DNA of 32,000 nt. Source: an uncultured bacterium. Its GTDB lineage: Bacteria > Patescibacteriota > Gracilibacteria > UBA1369 > PNNO01. The position numbers and the translations under genes were made by a program. Every line of letters starts with the position of its first letter. Position 1 is the stretch's first letter. The notes beneath the pieces are model-generated. The model was given only the letters and a program-made list of their open reading frames with translations, did not search any database and had not been told where the DNA came from. The stretch lies in the NCBI GenBank assembly GCA_963704705.1, contig OY969931.1:150001-182000 (forward strand), written 5' to 3'. Below are positions 1 to 8,700 of this stretch, in pieces.

Positions 1-551
1 TTAATGCGGATTGGATCATCGATTTTTTTGAATTCATCAGAAACACCCTGGTAAATAACTTCGATTTTTTCTTCGGGGGTTCCAAGAAGTTCTTTTAAGT
101 CTTTTTTGCTGTTTTGAGAGATGGTTATTATTTTTTTTGCTTTATTAACAGCTGAACGCAAAGTAATGGCATATCCAAAACGATGAAAAATCGAACGTTT
201 TTTATTGCCGGGATAAAACGAAAGCGTTAAGTCGTGGATTGTCACAATTGAAGTTCCTTTATAAAAAATTGGCGCATTAAAATGTGTAAAATGCATTAAG
301 TCCAGTTTGTACTTTTTAAGAATTTTGTTGAAGTGTGTCTGTTCCCTTAAACTGTAAATTGGGGCATCGGCCAATACTTTTTTAAATCTTGGAGAAGGGG
401 AATGGTAGTCGTCAAATTCAGGTTTATTGAGAAAAAGATAATAATCATTATCGTCATTCATCTTTGCAATACGGTCGGTTAATTCAAAGACATATCTGCC
501 AATTCCCGTGAATTTACTTGAATATATTCTACAATCAATCCCGATTTTCAT
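1..551 (-). CDS. Glycosyltransferase family 4 (GT-B) protein, N-terminal part; gene continues beyond position 1
   Basis: Reverse-strand translation from the ATG at 551: MKIGIDCRIYSSKFTGIGRYVFELTDRIAKMNDDNDYYLFLNK...THFNAPIFYKGTSIVTIHDLTLSFYPGNKKRSIFHRFGYAITLRSAVNKAKKIITISQNSKKDLKELLG. This is typical GT4 N-terminal sequence and resembles the ORF at 18594-19694. It is open to the window edge. Confidence 0.85.
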   Translation of the reverse strand, partial: MKIGIDCRIYSSKFTGIGRYVFELTDRIAKMNDDNDYYLFLNKPEFDDYHSPSPRFKKVLADAPIYSLREQTHFNKILKKYKLDLMHFTHFNAPIFYKGTSIVTIHDLTLSFYPGNKKRSIFHRFGYAITLRSAVNKAKKIITISQNSKKDLKELLGTPEEKIEVIYQGVSDEFKKIDDPIRI

Positions 552-630
552 AGTAATTTAGATAAGGATTTTAAATTTTACTTGAGTTTCATTTAAAAGT
601 ATATTAAATTTAGTCGTGCTTTTACAACTC

Positions 631-707
631 GGGGTGGTAGTTCAGTTGGTTAGAACGCCTGCCTGTCACGCAGGAGGTCGCGAGTTCAAGTCTCGTCCAT
701 CCCGCCA
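631..707 (+). tRNA. tRNA-Asp (anticodon GTC), CCA encoded
   Basis: Cloverleaf readable by eye: acceptor GGGGTGG/CCATCCC, anticodon arm CCTGC-CTGTCAC-GCAGG (GTC), T arm with GTTCAAG (the usual GTTCRAN), discriminator G, then CCA. Confidence 0.96.
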
Positions 708-712
708 TTCAA

Positions 713-746
713 TTCCACTTGCTACGAGTGGAACCTCTTTGAGGTT
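713..746 (+). other. Two overlapping hairpins directly downstream of the tRNA-Asp
   Basis: TTCCACT-N7-AGTGGAA (713-719/727-733), then AACCTC-TTT-GAGGTT (732-737/741-746). They share two bases. No T-run follows. Confidence 0.5.
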
Positions 747-805
747 TCATCGAGTAGGAAGAGAATTAATCTCGAGCTCGAAGAGCGAGAGGCAAAATAG
801 TCAGT

Positions 806-1636
806 TTATTCCAATAATTTAAAGCTTCCTTTAACTTTCAAAAATTCATCTTCTGAAAGCTGATAACTATCTGGAGTTCCCCCGCTAGTTTGTTTAACTG
901 CGAGAATGTATAATGCTCCATCCTTATTAATTGTCCCCATCCTATCATCTTCAAATCCAACACCCGCTAAATCTGCATCTTTTAATTTGCTTGCAATTTC
1001 AGGAGTAGCATTTTCAGCAATTACCTCATATCTATTTTCTCCAGTTAAATTTAGGTCTCCTTTTTCGCTCATTCCTGGCATATACTTTTTTATTATACTT
1101 GAGGTTACTTCTTTATCTTTTATTTTTTGAGGATAAAGAACGATAGTATCTCCTTCAATAACATCAAATTCATCTAAATTTTCTGACAATATATCGTCTA
1201 TTATGCTTTGTGGAGCATTGCTCAAAAGCCTAAATTCGTCGATTGTTTTATTATTAACTTTTTCCAAAATTTCTTCATATTCTTGATTTGGAAAAATTTC
1301 CGATAACGTTTTTGCTGTTGATTCTTCATCAATAACAAGTTTCGGATCAACAAATACTAATTTATTAGCAATTTTATCCCATTCATCATTTGTATATACT
1401 TCAATTGAAAGAAATCCATTACCATTAAGTAGAAAACCTATAGTTTGAACTGCTTCAGGAGGGATGGGATTATTATCAACATTCGTTGTATATCCTTTTG
1501 CTGATTCAGGAAGTTCAATTTGAAATCCAAATTCATCATTTTGATATACAGTATTTTCATTAGGTTGAGAAACCCCACAACCAACCATTCCAAATATCAG
1601 AATAGTTAAAGCCGACAATGAAATTATTTTATTCAT
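806..1636 (-). CDS. Putative lipoprotein, function unknown
   Basis: 276-aa ORF with N-terminus MNKIISLSALTILIFGMVGCG: hydrophobic signal plus lipobox-like cysteine. Confidence 0.75.
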   Translation of the reverse strand: MNKIISLSALTILIFGMVGCGVSQPNENTVYQNDEFGFQIELPESAKGYTTNVDNNPIPPEAVQTIGFLLNGNGFLSIEVYTNDEWDKIANKLVFVDPKLVIDEESTAKTLSEIFPNQEYEEILEKVNNKTIDEFRLLSNAPQSIIDDILSENLDEFDVIEGDTIVLYPQKIKDKEVTSSIIKKYMPGMSEKGDLNLTGENRYEVIAENATPEIASKLKDADLAGVGFEDDRMGTINKDGALYILAVKQTSGGTPDSYQLSEDEFLKVKGSFKLLE

Positions 1637-1744
1637 AATAAGTAGGATTAATATATTATTTAAAACTTTAAATGATAAAATTCATTACATGAACATTATA
1701 ACATAAAAAAAGTTCTGATTTCGTTTACTACGTTCCGCCACTAA

Positions 1745-1773
1745 AAATCACTTATTTATTAAGTGGTTTTTTA
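1745..1773. terminator. Possible bidirectional terminator hairpin overlapping the 3' end of the membrane protein gene
   Basis: AATCACTTA-TTTAT-TAAGTGGTT stem with a T-run on the + side and a TTTTT run on the - side. Confidence 0.45.
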
Positions 1774-2296
1774 TTATTGATAATTTCAAAACATAATACC
1801 CGCTAAAGCATGCAAAGAAGGTATTTAGCCAAAAGAATATCCAGTTCATTTCTATATAACTGAACACTGCGATTAATATGCTGCCGAGTGTAAGTGCAAG
1901 ATTTCTTCTGACAGTGCCCATTTGAAGTGCGTAACCGAGTCCAACTCCGGTTAATCCTAAAATGAAAATTATAGTGTTGTAATTTTCAAAAAGATAAAGT
2001 GACCAAATTATTAAAGCAGCTCCTGAAATTGTGATAATAGGTATATCAATTTTATCGGGTACATCAATCATCATCATCAAAGTTGCAATTGCAATTAAAA
2101 TCTGAAGAAAAATAAAGAAAATCGGACCCCCGCTTAAATATCCAAGCAAAGCAAAAATAAACATCAAAATATTTCCTGCAACAAATAGCCAATTTTTCAT
2201 TGAATAAACAGGGTGCTTAACTTTAACTATCGGCCAGGCTGCTCCGGTTACTAAAATTAGTGATCCAATGACTCCAATATAGAAATTATAGTTCAT
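1748..2296 (-). CDS. Multi-pass integral membrane protein, function unknown
   Basis: 182-aa ORF composed almost entirely of hydrophobic segments, with about six predicted TM helices by eye. Confidence 0.7.
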   Translation of the reverse strand: MNYNFYIGVIGSLILVTGAAWPIVKVKHPVYSMKNWLFVAGNILMFIFALLGYLSGGPIFFIFLQILIAIATLMMMIDVPDKIDIPIITISGAALIIWSLYLFENYNTIIFILGLTGVGLGYALQMGTVRRNLALTLGSILIAVFSYIEMNWIFFWLNTFFACFSGYYVLKLSIIKNHLINK

Positions 2297-2342
2297 GAAA
2301 GTTAGTGTTATCTAAGCAGATTATATCATAAAAGTTTTTTTC

Positions 2343-2371
2343 TTGATTAATCAAAACCGCGCACATATAAT
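2343..2371 (+). promoter_or_regulatory. Sigma70-like promoter with palindromic -35 region
   Basis: TTGATT (2343-2348), 17-bp spacer, TATAAT (2366-2371). The -35 is embedded in the palindrome TTGATTAATCAA (2343-2354). Confidence 0.65.
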
Positions 2372-2408
2372 AGAGGCCCGATTAATCAAAAATTAACCTT
2401 TTAAAATC

Positions 2409-2852
2409 ATGGCGGAAACATTTTTAAGTATTCAGGAAGCAGCGGAAATATCTGATAAATCAATCCAGACTATTCGAAGAGCGATCAAATCCAAAAAGCT
2501 TAAAGCCCGAAAAAAGAAAACGCCACAAGGTTACAATTATATGATCGAAAAAGACAGCTTAAGAAAGGCATACGATCTGAAATCCATTTTTAATGAACAG
2601 GTAAAAGAGAAAAAAGAAGAACAAAAAGATGCAATTTCAAAAACAGGACGAAAGCTTTCTAAGCAGTATCTTACAAAAGATGATCTTGGAATGTTCAAAG
2701 ATACAGTACAAAAAATAATAGATCAGCACGAAAAAGATCAAGAAAATCTCTTCCGACTAATCAAATCTTTTCAGGACAAAGTTGTTGTTTTAGAAAATCA
2801 GGTCAAACTTTTGGCTGAACCAAAAAAGAAGTGGTTTCAAATCTGGAAGTAG
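2409..2852 (+). CDS. MerR/excisionase-type helix-turn-helix DNA-binding protein with C-terminal coiled coil
   Basis: FLSIQEAAEISDKSIQTIRRAIKSKKLKARKKKTPQGYNYMIEKDSL is a typical HTH_17/MerR-like recognition region, followed by a charged heptad-rich tail. Confidence 0.75.
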   Translation: MAETFLSIQEAAEISDKSIQTIRRAIKSKKLKARKKKTPQGYNYMIEKDSLRKAYDLKSIFNEQVKEKKEEQKDAISKTGRKLSKQYLTKDDLGMFKDTVQKIIDQHEKDQENLFRLIKSFQDKVVVLENQVKLLAEPKKKWFQIWK

Positions 2853-2866
2853 GCTAGAATTGATTC

Positions 2867-3520
2867 ATGCGAGAAAAAAAATTACGTAAAGAGATTTTAC
2901 GAAAACTCTTCCATTTATATCAGCTTCCAATGATACTTGGGTACGTTGTTCTCCGATATTATTTTTCTGAGCGAATAGCGGTTTTTGCAATAGTAATAAT
3001 TTTGGTTATTATTTTGGAATTTGAATTTTTACGATTGGATTTGAATGTAAAGGTCCCGGACCCTTTTGGAATTATGAGACCTCATGAAAAAAAGAGTGTC
3101 AGCGCGATGTTGTTTGTAGCGCTTTCAACAATTGTGGTATTTTCGGTTTTTGATTTTAGAATAGCGATTACTGCAATGCTCATTATGGTTTTTGGGGATT
3201 TGGCTTCAGCATTAATCGGAATTAAATATGGAAAGCACAGGATAAAAAGCGGCAAGTCATGGGAAGGATTTATTGGTGGATTTGTTATGAACCTGATTGT
3301 TGCTTCAATATTTTTATGGGACTTTCCTTTAATTATTCTGGCAATGGCATTGGTTGGAAGTTTTGCGGAATTTCTTACATATAAACTTGATGACAATCTT
3401 ACTGTACCAATCTCGTCAGCTTTTGCCGGTCATATAATGGCTTTCATTTTAGGGGTCAGCTTGGTTCAGCTAACTAATCCTATAACAGATTTATACCAGT
3501 TTCTCACCTCATTTTTTTAG
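2867..3520 (+). CDS. SEC59/DGK1/VTE5-type (polyprenol/diacylglycerol kinase-like, CTP-dependent family) membrane protein
   Basis: 217 aa, multi-TM, with GDLASALIGIKYGKHRIKSGKSWEGFIGGF, the characteristic GD..A...G...GKH.I..GKSWEG motif. Confidence 0.7.
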   Translation: MREKKLRKEILRKLFHLYQLPMILGYVVLRYYFSERIAVFAIVIILVIILEFEFLRLDLNVKVPDPFGIMRPHEKKSVSAMLFVALSTIVVFSVFDFRIAITAMLIMVFGDLASALIGIKYGKHRIKSGKSWEGFIGGFVMNLIVASIFLWDFPLIILAMALVGSFAEFLTYKLDDNLTVPISSAFAGHIMAFILGVSLVQLTNPITDLYQFLTSFF

Positions 3521-3521
3521 C

Positions 3522-3540
3522 AGAGGCGCGAAGCGACTCT
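3522..3540 (+). other. GC-rich hairpin just downstream of the kinase-like gene
   Basis: AGAG-G-CGC-GAA-GCG-A-CTCT: 7 bp of stem around one G/A mismatch. Confidence 0.4.
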
Positions 3541-3620
3541 ATGGAGCGGAAAAAACACTTGCACGTTTTTAAGAACGCGAGTACTGTATTTTTGCTTTTT
3601 TAGACTTAACCAAACACGAC

Positions 3621-4868
3621 ATGTCTTTGTTTCAGAACACCCTCAAGCAGATCAACGAAGCTGCTGAGATTATGAGCCTTGATAAAGATATTTTAACAAT
3701 CCTTTCCCATCCAAAAAGAATTATTCAGGTTAGCCTTCCTATTAGAATGGATGATGGTACAGTAAAAGTTTTCGAAGGATTCCGCGTACAACATAACGAT
3801 GTAGCCGGCCCTTTTAAAGGCGGCATTCGTTATCATCAACAGGTTGATATGGAAGAGGTTAAAGCTCTTGCAACCTGGATGACAATGAAATGCAGCGTTG
3901 TTGGAATTCCTCTTGGCGGAGCAAAAGGTGGGATCATTGTTGATCCAAAAACACTTTCAAAAAGAGAATTGGAAAAATTAAGCCGAAAATATATTGATAG
4001 AGTTCAGCATAATATTGGACCTCACATGGATGTGCCTGCTCCTGATGTTAATACAAACGGAGAAATAATGGCATGGATGGTAGATGAATATATGAAATTA
4101 GGAAATTTAAATAAAAGAGGCGTGGTAACAGGTAAGCCACTTGAAGTCGGCGGATCTGAAGGCCGCGATGCAGCAACCAGCCAGGGTGGATCTTACGTTT
4201 GGGAAGAAGTTGCAAAAGAAAAAGCAATCAACCCAGGTGAAACAAAAGTTGTAATTCAGGGATTCGGAAATGCAGGATCACACATGGCAAGAATCATGGG
4301 TGAACAAGGTTATAAAATTGTTGGAGTTTCTGATTCAAAAGGTGGTGTATATTGTGAAAACGGGCTAGACGCATCTTCAATGCTTAAATGTAAAATTGAA
4401 AAAGGATCAGTTACTGAATGTGAAACTCAGGCTGATCACTGTACTAAAGTTACAAACGAAGAATTATTGGAACAGGATTGCGACATTTTAGTTTTGGCTG
4501 CGCTTGAAAATCAGGTAACCGAGCAAAATGCTGCAAATATAAAAGCTAAATATATTATCGAGCTTGCAAACGGACCAACTACTCCTGAAGCAGATAAAAT
4601 TCTTGAGAAAAAAGGAGTGCTAGTTATACCTGACATTCTTGCAAACGCTGGAGGTGTAACAGTTAGCTATTTCGAACTTGTTCAGAACGAAGCAGGTTAT
4701 TACTGGACAGCAGATAAAATACAACGTCGCTTAAAACCAATCATGATCAAATCTACTCAGCGTATTAAAGAGATGATGGAAAAATACAACTGTTCAATGC
4801 GTCAGGCAGCGTTTATAAGCGCGATGAGCAGGCTTGAAGCAATGCTTAAGAAAAGAGGGTTCGAGTAA
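3621..4868 (+). CDS. gdhA: Glu/Leu/Phe/Val dehydrogenase family, glutamate dehydrogenase
   Basis: 415 aa. PFKGGIRYHQQVDMEEVKALATWMTMKCSVVGIPLGGAKGGI and VVIQGFGNAGSHMARIM are the classical GDH catalytic-lysine and NAD(P)-binding motifs. Confidence 0.93.
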   Translation: MSLFQNTLKQINEAAEIMSLDKDILTILSHPKRIIQVSLPIRMDDGTVKVFEGFRVQHNDVAGPFKGGIRYHQQVDMEEVKALATWMTMKCSVVGIPLGGAKGGIIVDPKTLSKRELEKLSRKYIDRVQHNIGPHMDVPAPDVNTNGEIMAWMVDEYMKLGNLNKRGVVTGKPLEVGGSEGRDAATSQGGSYVWEEVAKEKAINPGETKVVIQGFGNAGSHMARIMGEQGYKIVGVSDSKGGVYCENGLDASSMLKCKIEKGSVTECETQADHCTKVTNEELLEQDCDILVLAALENQVTEQNAANIKAKYIIELANGPTTPEADKILEKKGVLVIPDILANAGGVTVSYFELVQNEAGYYWTADKIQRRLKPIMIKSTQRIKEMMEKYNCSMRQAAFISAMSRLEAMLKKRGFE

Positions 4869-4895
4869 GCTGCCACAGAAACTGCCACAGGCTAT

Positions 4896-5516
4896 TTAAT
4901 TAGCCTTTCGGGCAATCTCTTCATGCATTCGCTTAACTGTAGCTTCAAGTCTTTGAACTATTGGATTGTTGAGTAGCTTTTGAAGTTCCTGTAGCACTTG
5001 TTCATAGTACCAAATCACGTTTTCTCTTCGAGGCTCAGGTGCGTTAAATATTTCCCACATTGATTCGCCTTCCTGTTTATATTTTTCTATGATCGTTTCT
5101 AGATTGTGGATTTTATCAGCAGCACACACCATGAGCGCTGCTTTAGAAGCTGATTTTAGGTGATCAACATACGCCTGTTTGCGTTCTTTCCATACCGCAC
5201 GTTTTTCTTCCTTGGTTTTTTTATGTTCACCGTCCTGATGAGTGACATGATTTACAATATCAGCTATTCTGGTACTAAAATCCTGAGCCATATCTTCATA
5301 ATTGTAACCTTCAACATCTTCCAGCACATCATGTAAAAACCCAGCTGAAATAATATCTTCATCATCAGTATATTCTGCCAAAATTCGTGCAACAGCATCC
5401 GGATGCGTGAAATAAGGTGTTTTGCTCCCTTTTCTAACCTGGTCGGAATGTTTTTCTTTGGCAAAATCGTGCGCTTTTTTTGTTTTTGGTGTTAGTTCCA
5501 TATTTTTATTGTTCAT
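4896..5516 (-). CDS. HD-domain protein resembling the (p)ppGpp hydrolase domain of RelA/SpoT (small alarmone hydrolase-like)
   Basis: 206 aa. AHDFAKEKHSDQVRKGSKTPYFTHPDAVARIL, AGFLHDVLEDV and AADKIHNLETI match H...HD...ED...ADxxHN. No synthetase, TGS or ACT region. Confidence 0.85.
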   Translation of the reverse strand: MNNKNMELTPKTKKAHDFAKEKHSDQVRKGSKTPYFTHPDAVARILAEYTDDEDIISAGFLHDVLEDVEGYNYEDMAQDFSTRIADIVNHVTHQDGEHKKTKEEKRAVWKERKQAYVDHLKSASKAALMVCAADKIHNLETIIEKYKQEGESMWEIFNAPEPRRENVIWYYEQVLQELQKLLNNPIVQRLEATVKRMHEEIARKAN

Positions 5517-5760
5517 TCATAGCATTTACCATTCTTTCGAATTCATCTTTTTCAATTTTTTGACCTTCACTCATAAACAGTTCATCACTAGGATAACCTA
5601 CTTCCCATTCACCATTGTCTTTTAAGCCATATCTGGTCGATCCACGTCCGTCTTCGGTATATACTTCTTTAACAGGAACACCATTTACATTAAAGTAATA
5701 AGTTTGTCCTGCATCTCGTTCGCATTCTTCTTCATACGATAGTGGTTCATTCATTTCCAT
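5506..5760 (-). CDS. Small acidic hypothetical protein (84 aa)
   Basis: Same-strand ORF whose stop overlaps the start of the HD gene by 11 nt, suggesting translational coupling. Confidence 0.6.
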   Translation of the reverse strand: MEMNEPLSYEEECERDAGQTYYFNVNGVPVKEVYTEDGRGSTRYGLKDNGEWEVGYPSDELFMSEGQKIEKDEFERMVNAMNEQ

Positions 5761-5793
5761 ATTTGTTAAGTTAAAATTAAATTATATATATAA

Positions 5794-8700
5794 TTATTTC
5801 AATTTTACACGCTTTTTATACATCTCCCAAGCTGCTTCATTTATTTTTTGTTGAGATCGATTTAATTTCTTTTTAAAATAAAATAATTCTTCAGCTTTTG
5901 CCCTTTTTACCGGATTTTTTATTCCAGCAATTTGTTCAGGAGATCTGTCTGGAATAGACCTCCAAAGTTCATAAAATGTATGTGTTTGAAATTCAGTACC
6001 TGTTGGGAGTTTTAATTTTCCTTCTTTACCAATCCTTTTAGCAATTTCAGCAGCAAGCTCATGCTCTCTTTGTGAAAATTTTAATTTCCCTTTTAATGAA
6101 GGGATATTCATCCCTTGTTCTTTAACCTTAAGCATTTCAGAAATATGGAATTGTAATTCAGCTACTCTTCCATCTTTAAATTTAATGCTTATATTCATAT
6201 CTCTATATTGTGCAGGATGTTCGTTAGGTTTAAGTGGATCACCAAAGTTGTCTTTAATAAATATTTTAGCTACTTTAGGGTGCCTTTTAAGTGCCTCAAC
6301 AGCATGTCTAATTTGTGGAAGTGTACCATATTCCAATGATCCTCTAGCTATATCTAATAACTTTGACGCATTACCATTATACTCACCAGGATCTAAAGCT
6401 TTTTCCATTGTTCTTCCTATTTTTTTAACTGGTGCCTGATGATTACCGGTTTGATGACTTCCGTCTCCAATTAAATCTACACCTTCTTCCACAGGTTTAA
6501 CTTTCCCTGCAATATCATTCATTAAAGAGTCGAGCATATCTTTGGTTCCTTTTCGTTTTCCAAGTCTTACAATTTCCATATAATTTTCAAAAGCTTTGAA
6601 ATTAGCTTCATTTATTTTCGGATTAGTATTTGCAATCCCAAGTCTTTTTAATTGTGTTGGATTTTTTCGTATTGCTTGTAATTCTGCATATGAAGCATTT
6701 GCTAATCCAGGAGCTTTGCTTAAAAGCATTTCTTTCCCATGAATTTTAGCTTTTGTAGATTGAGATAATTTTTGTATTTTTACTGCTTCAGCCTGAACTT
6801 TTTGAACATATTTAATGTATGCATCAAACCTTTTTAATGCAGCTGGACTTGATAATCCTATTTTTTTTAACTTACCAGGACTATTTCTAAGTTTTACAAG
6901 TACCTCAATTGGCTTTTGAAGATCAGGCATTTTTGCGAGTGTTTGTTCAACACCGTTAATCCTTTTGGTAAATTGCTCAGCTATTCCATGATTTGTTACA
7001 TTTGGTTGATTAAATTTATCTAAACTAATTACAGCTTTATCTACTAGGTATTCTGCTTGTGTTTTATATATTTGTTTTTCACCCTTATAATTATATGCAA
7101 TAAGGCTTCCATCAGCATTTGTTTTTACAATCTGAAAAGCAGCTTCTTTTATATAATCCGTCATTTTTTCATAATATTGTACTTTTCCTTTTGTATTGTA
7201 AGCTAAAATTCCATGTTTATTTTTGTGCAGTAATGTATATGCAATTTCTTGTCTTTTACTTCGAGGGACTTGGTTTGTTTTATTAAATTCTGTTGCCAAT
7301 GCTTCCATGCTTGGCCTTTTCATAGTTCTTAAATTTATGCCTTGGCTTTCAGCAAGCTTTGCAATACTTCTTGATCCTTCTTTAGGAGCAACCTTTACCA
7401 ATGCTAAAGGCGTACCTACTACACCCGATACGACACTTATAGATAATATACCAAGATCTCTTAAATCTTTTGGAAGTAATTTTCCTAACTTAGGGTGTTC
7501 TTTTTTAAATTTTTCATATTTCCCATTATAATTATTCATAAATACTTGGAATGCATGTTTGATTGAGTTATTTTTTAAATATCCTTTAATTTTATCTTTT
7601 TTGTTTTTTAAAAAGTCTTCTGCATTTTTATATAATTTTGAACCTTCCCTTAAAGCTTGCATTCTTTTTTTAATCAATTCTTTTGAAAATAAAATACTTT
7701 CTACCGGTATTGAATTTATAATTTTTTTTGCTGTTTCTTCGGAAATCCCAAATTTTTTCAATTTGCCAATTAAAGAAGACTGAAGACTTTGTGCATTTTT
7801 AGTTATATGCCCATTTTGTTTAATAGATTCTCTTATTAACACAATGTATCCCGCATAAGCCGGATCTTCTGTTAACTCTTTGATGCCTGCAATTTGCTTA
7901 GCTGACAAACCTGCATATAATTCGATTTTATCAGGAGTAATTTTTTTATCACTCAGCATTTCGTTTAGAAGTTTTGCTTTTCCTCTTGTAATGGGATTTA
8001 CATCGCCTTGCATTTTGGCGATTTCTGCCTTTAATTGTGCTTTTTTTTCCCAATTACCAAATAATTTTCTAAATTTAGCACCCCCGAAGTGATATAGAGG
8101 CATTTGAGCTAAATTATTTATAAATGATGTATTACTAAAATAACTCATGACACCCGCAGATCCAGCCATATGAATAGCATTTGGAAATAAATTTTGAGTT
8201 AATTTTTGAAATTTGGAAAGCTCTGCAGGTGGAATTTTTCTAAACATTCTAGTAAATTTTGCAAGGGGATTTAATGCCATCCCAACAATCTTCATTGATC
8301 CAAGAAAGGTGAATGAATGTTTTACACCTTTAAAAGTAAATCTTTTCATCATTTCATTTAAACCTCCACCCTGGTCAGCAACCTGTAGTCCTGTCATCAA
8401 TGCTTCAAATGCCGGAGCCTCTACTGCCAAGCCCGCAGTTTCTGCAACTAATTTTGTAGTTAGATTTCTTATCAATCCCTGTTCTGCAAAACTTGCCAAC
8501 CTGCTAGTAACAAACGTTGTTGCCCCTCTTCCTAAAAAACCGGCTAAGCCGCCTGAAGCAACTATAAATAAAGCCTGCTTCAAACCATCATCATTTTTAG
8601 GCAGACGTAATTCCCCGGGTATATACTCCCCGTTTTCGTTGGTTATTGATTTAATTAAATCTTTAATTTCTTTTGCTTTTCCTTTTGTATACAAAACCTG

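Noticed and set aside
616-822. ORF track entry MLLQLGVVVQLVRTPACHAGGREFKSRPSRHSI...
   Set aside because: It is a translation of the tRNA-Asp gene (631-707); this is a typical spurious ORF.
4869-4905. CTGCCACAG direct repeat and GGCTA-TTTAAT-TAGCC hairpin between gdhA and the HD gene as a mobile-element end
   Set aside because: The repeat is only 9 bp (CTGCCACAG-AAA-CTGCCACAG) and the hairpin only 5 bp. At most it is a weak convergent terminator. No transposase or target duplication is seen.
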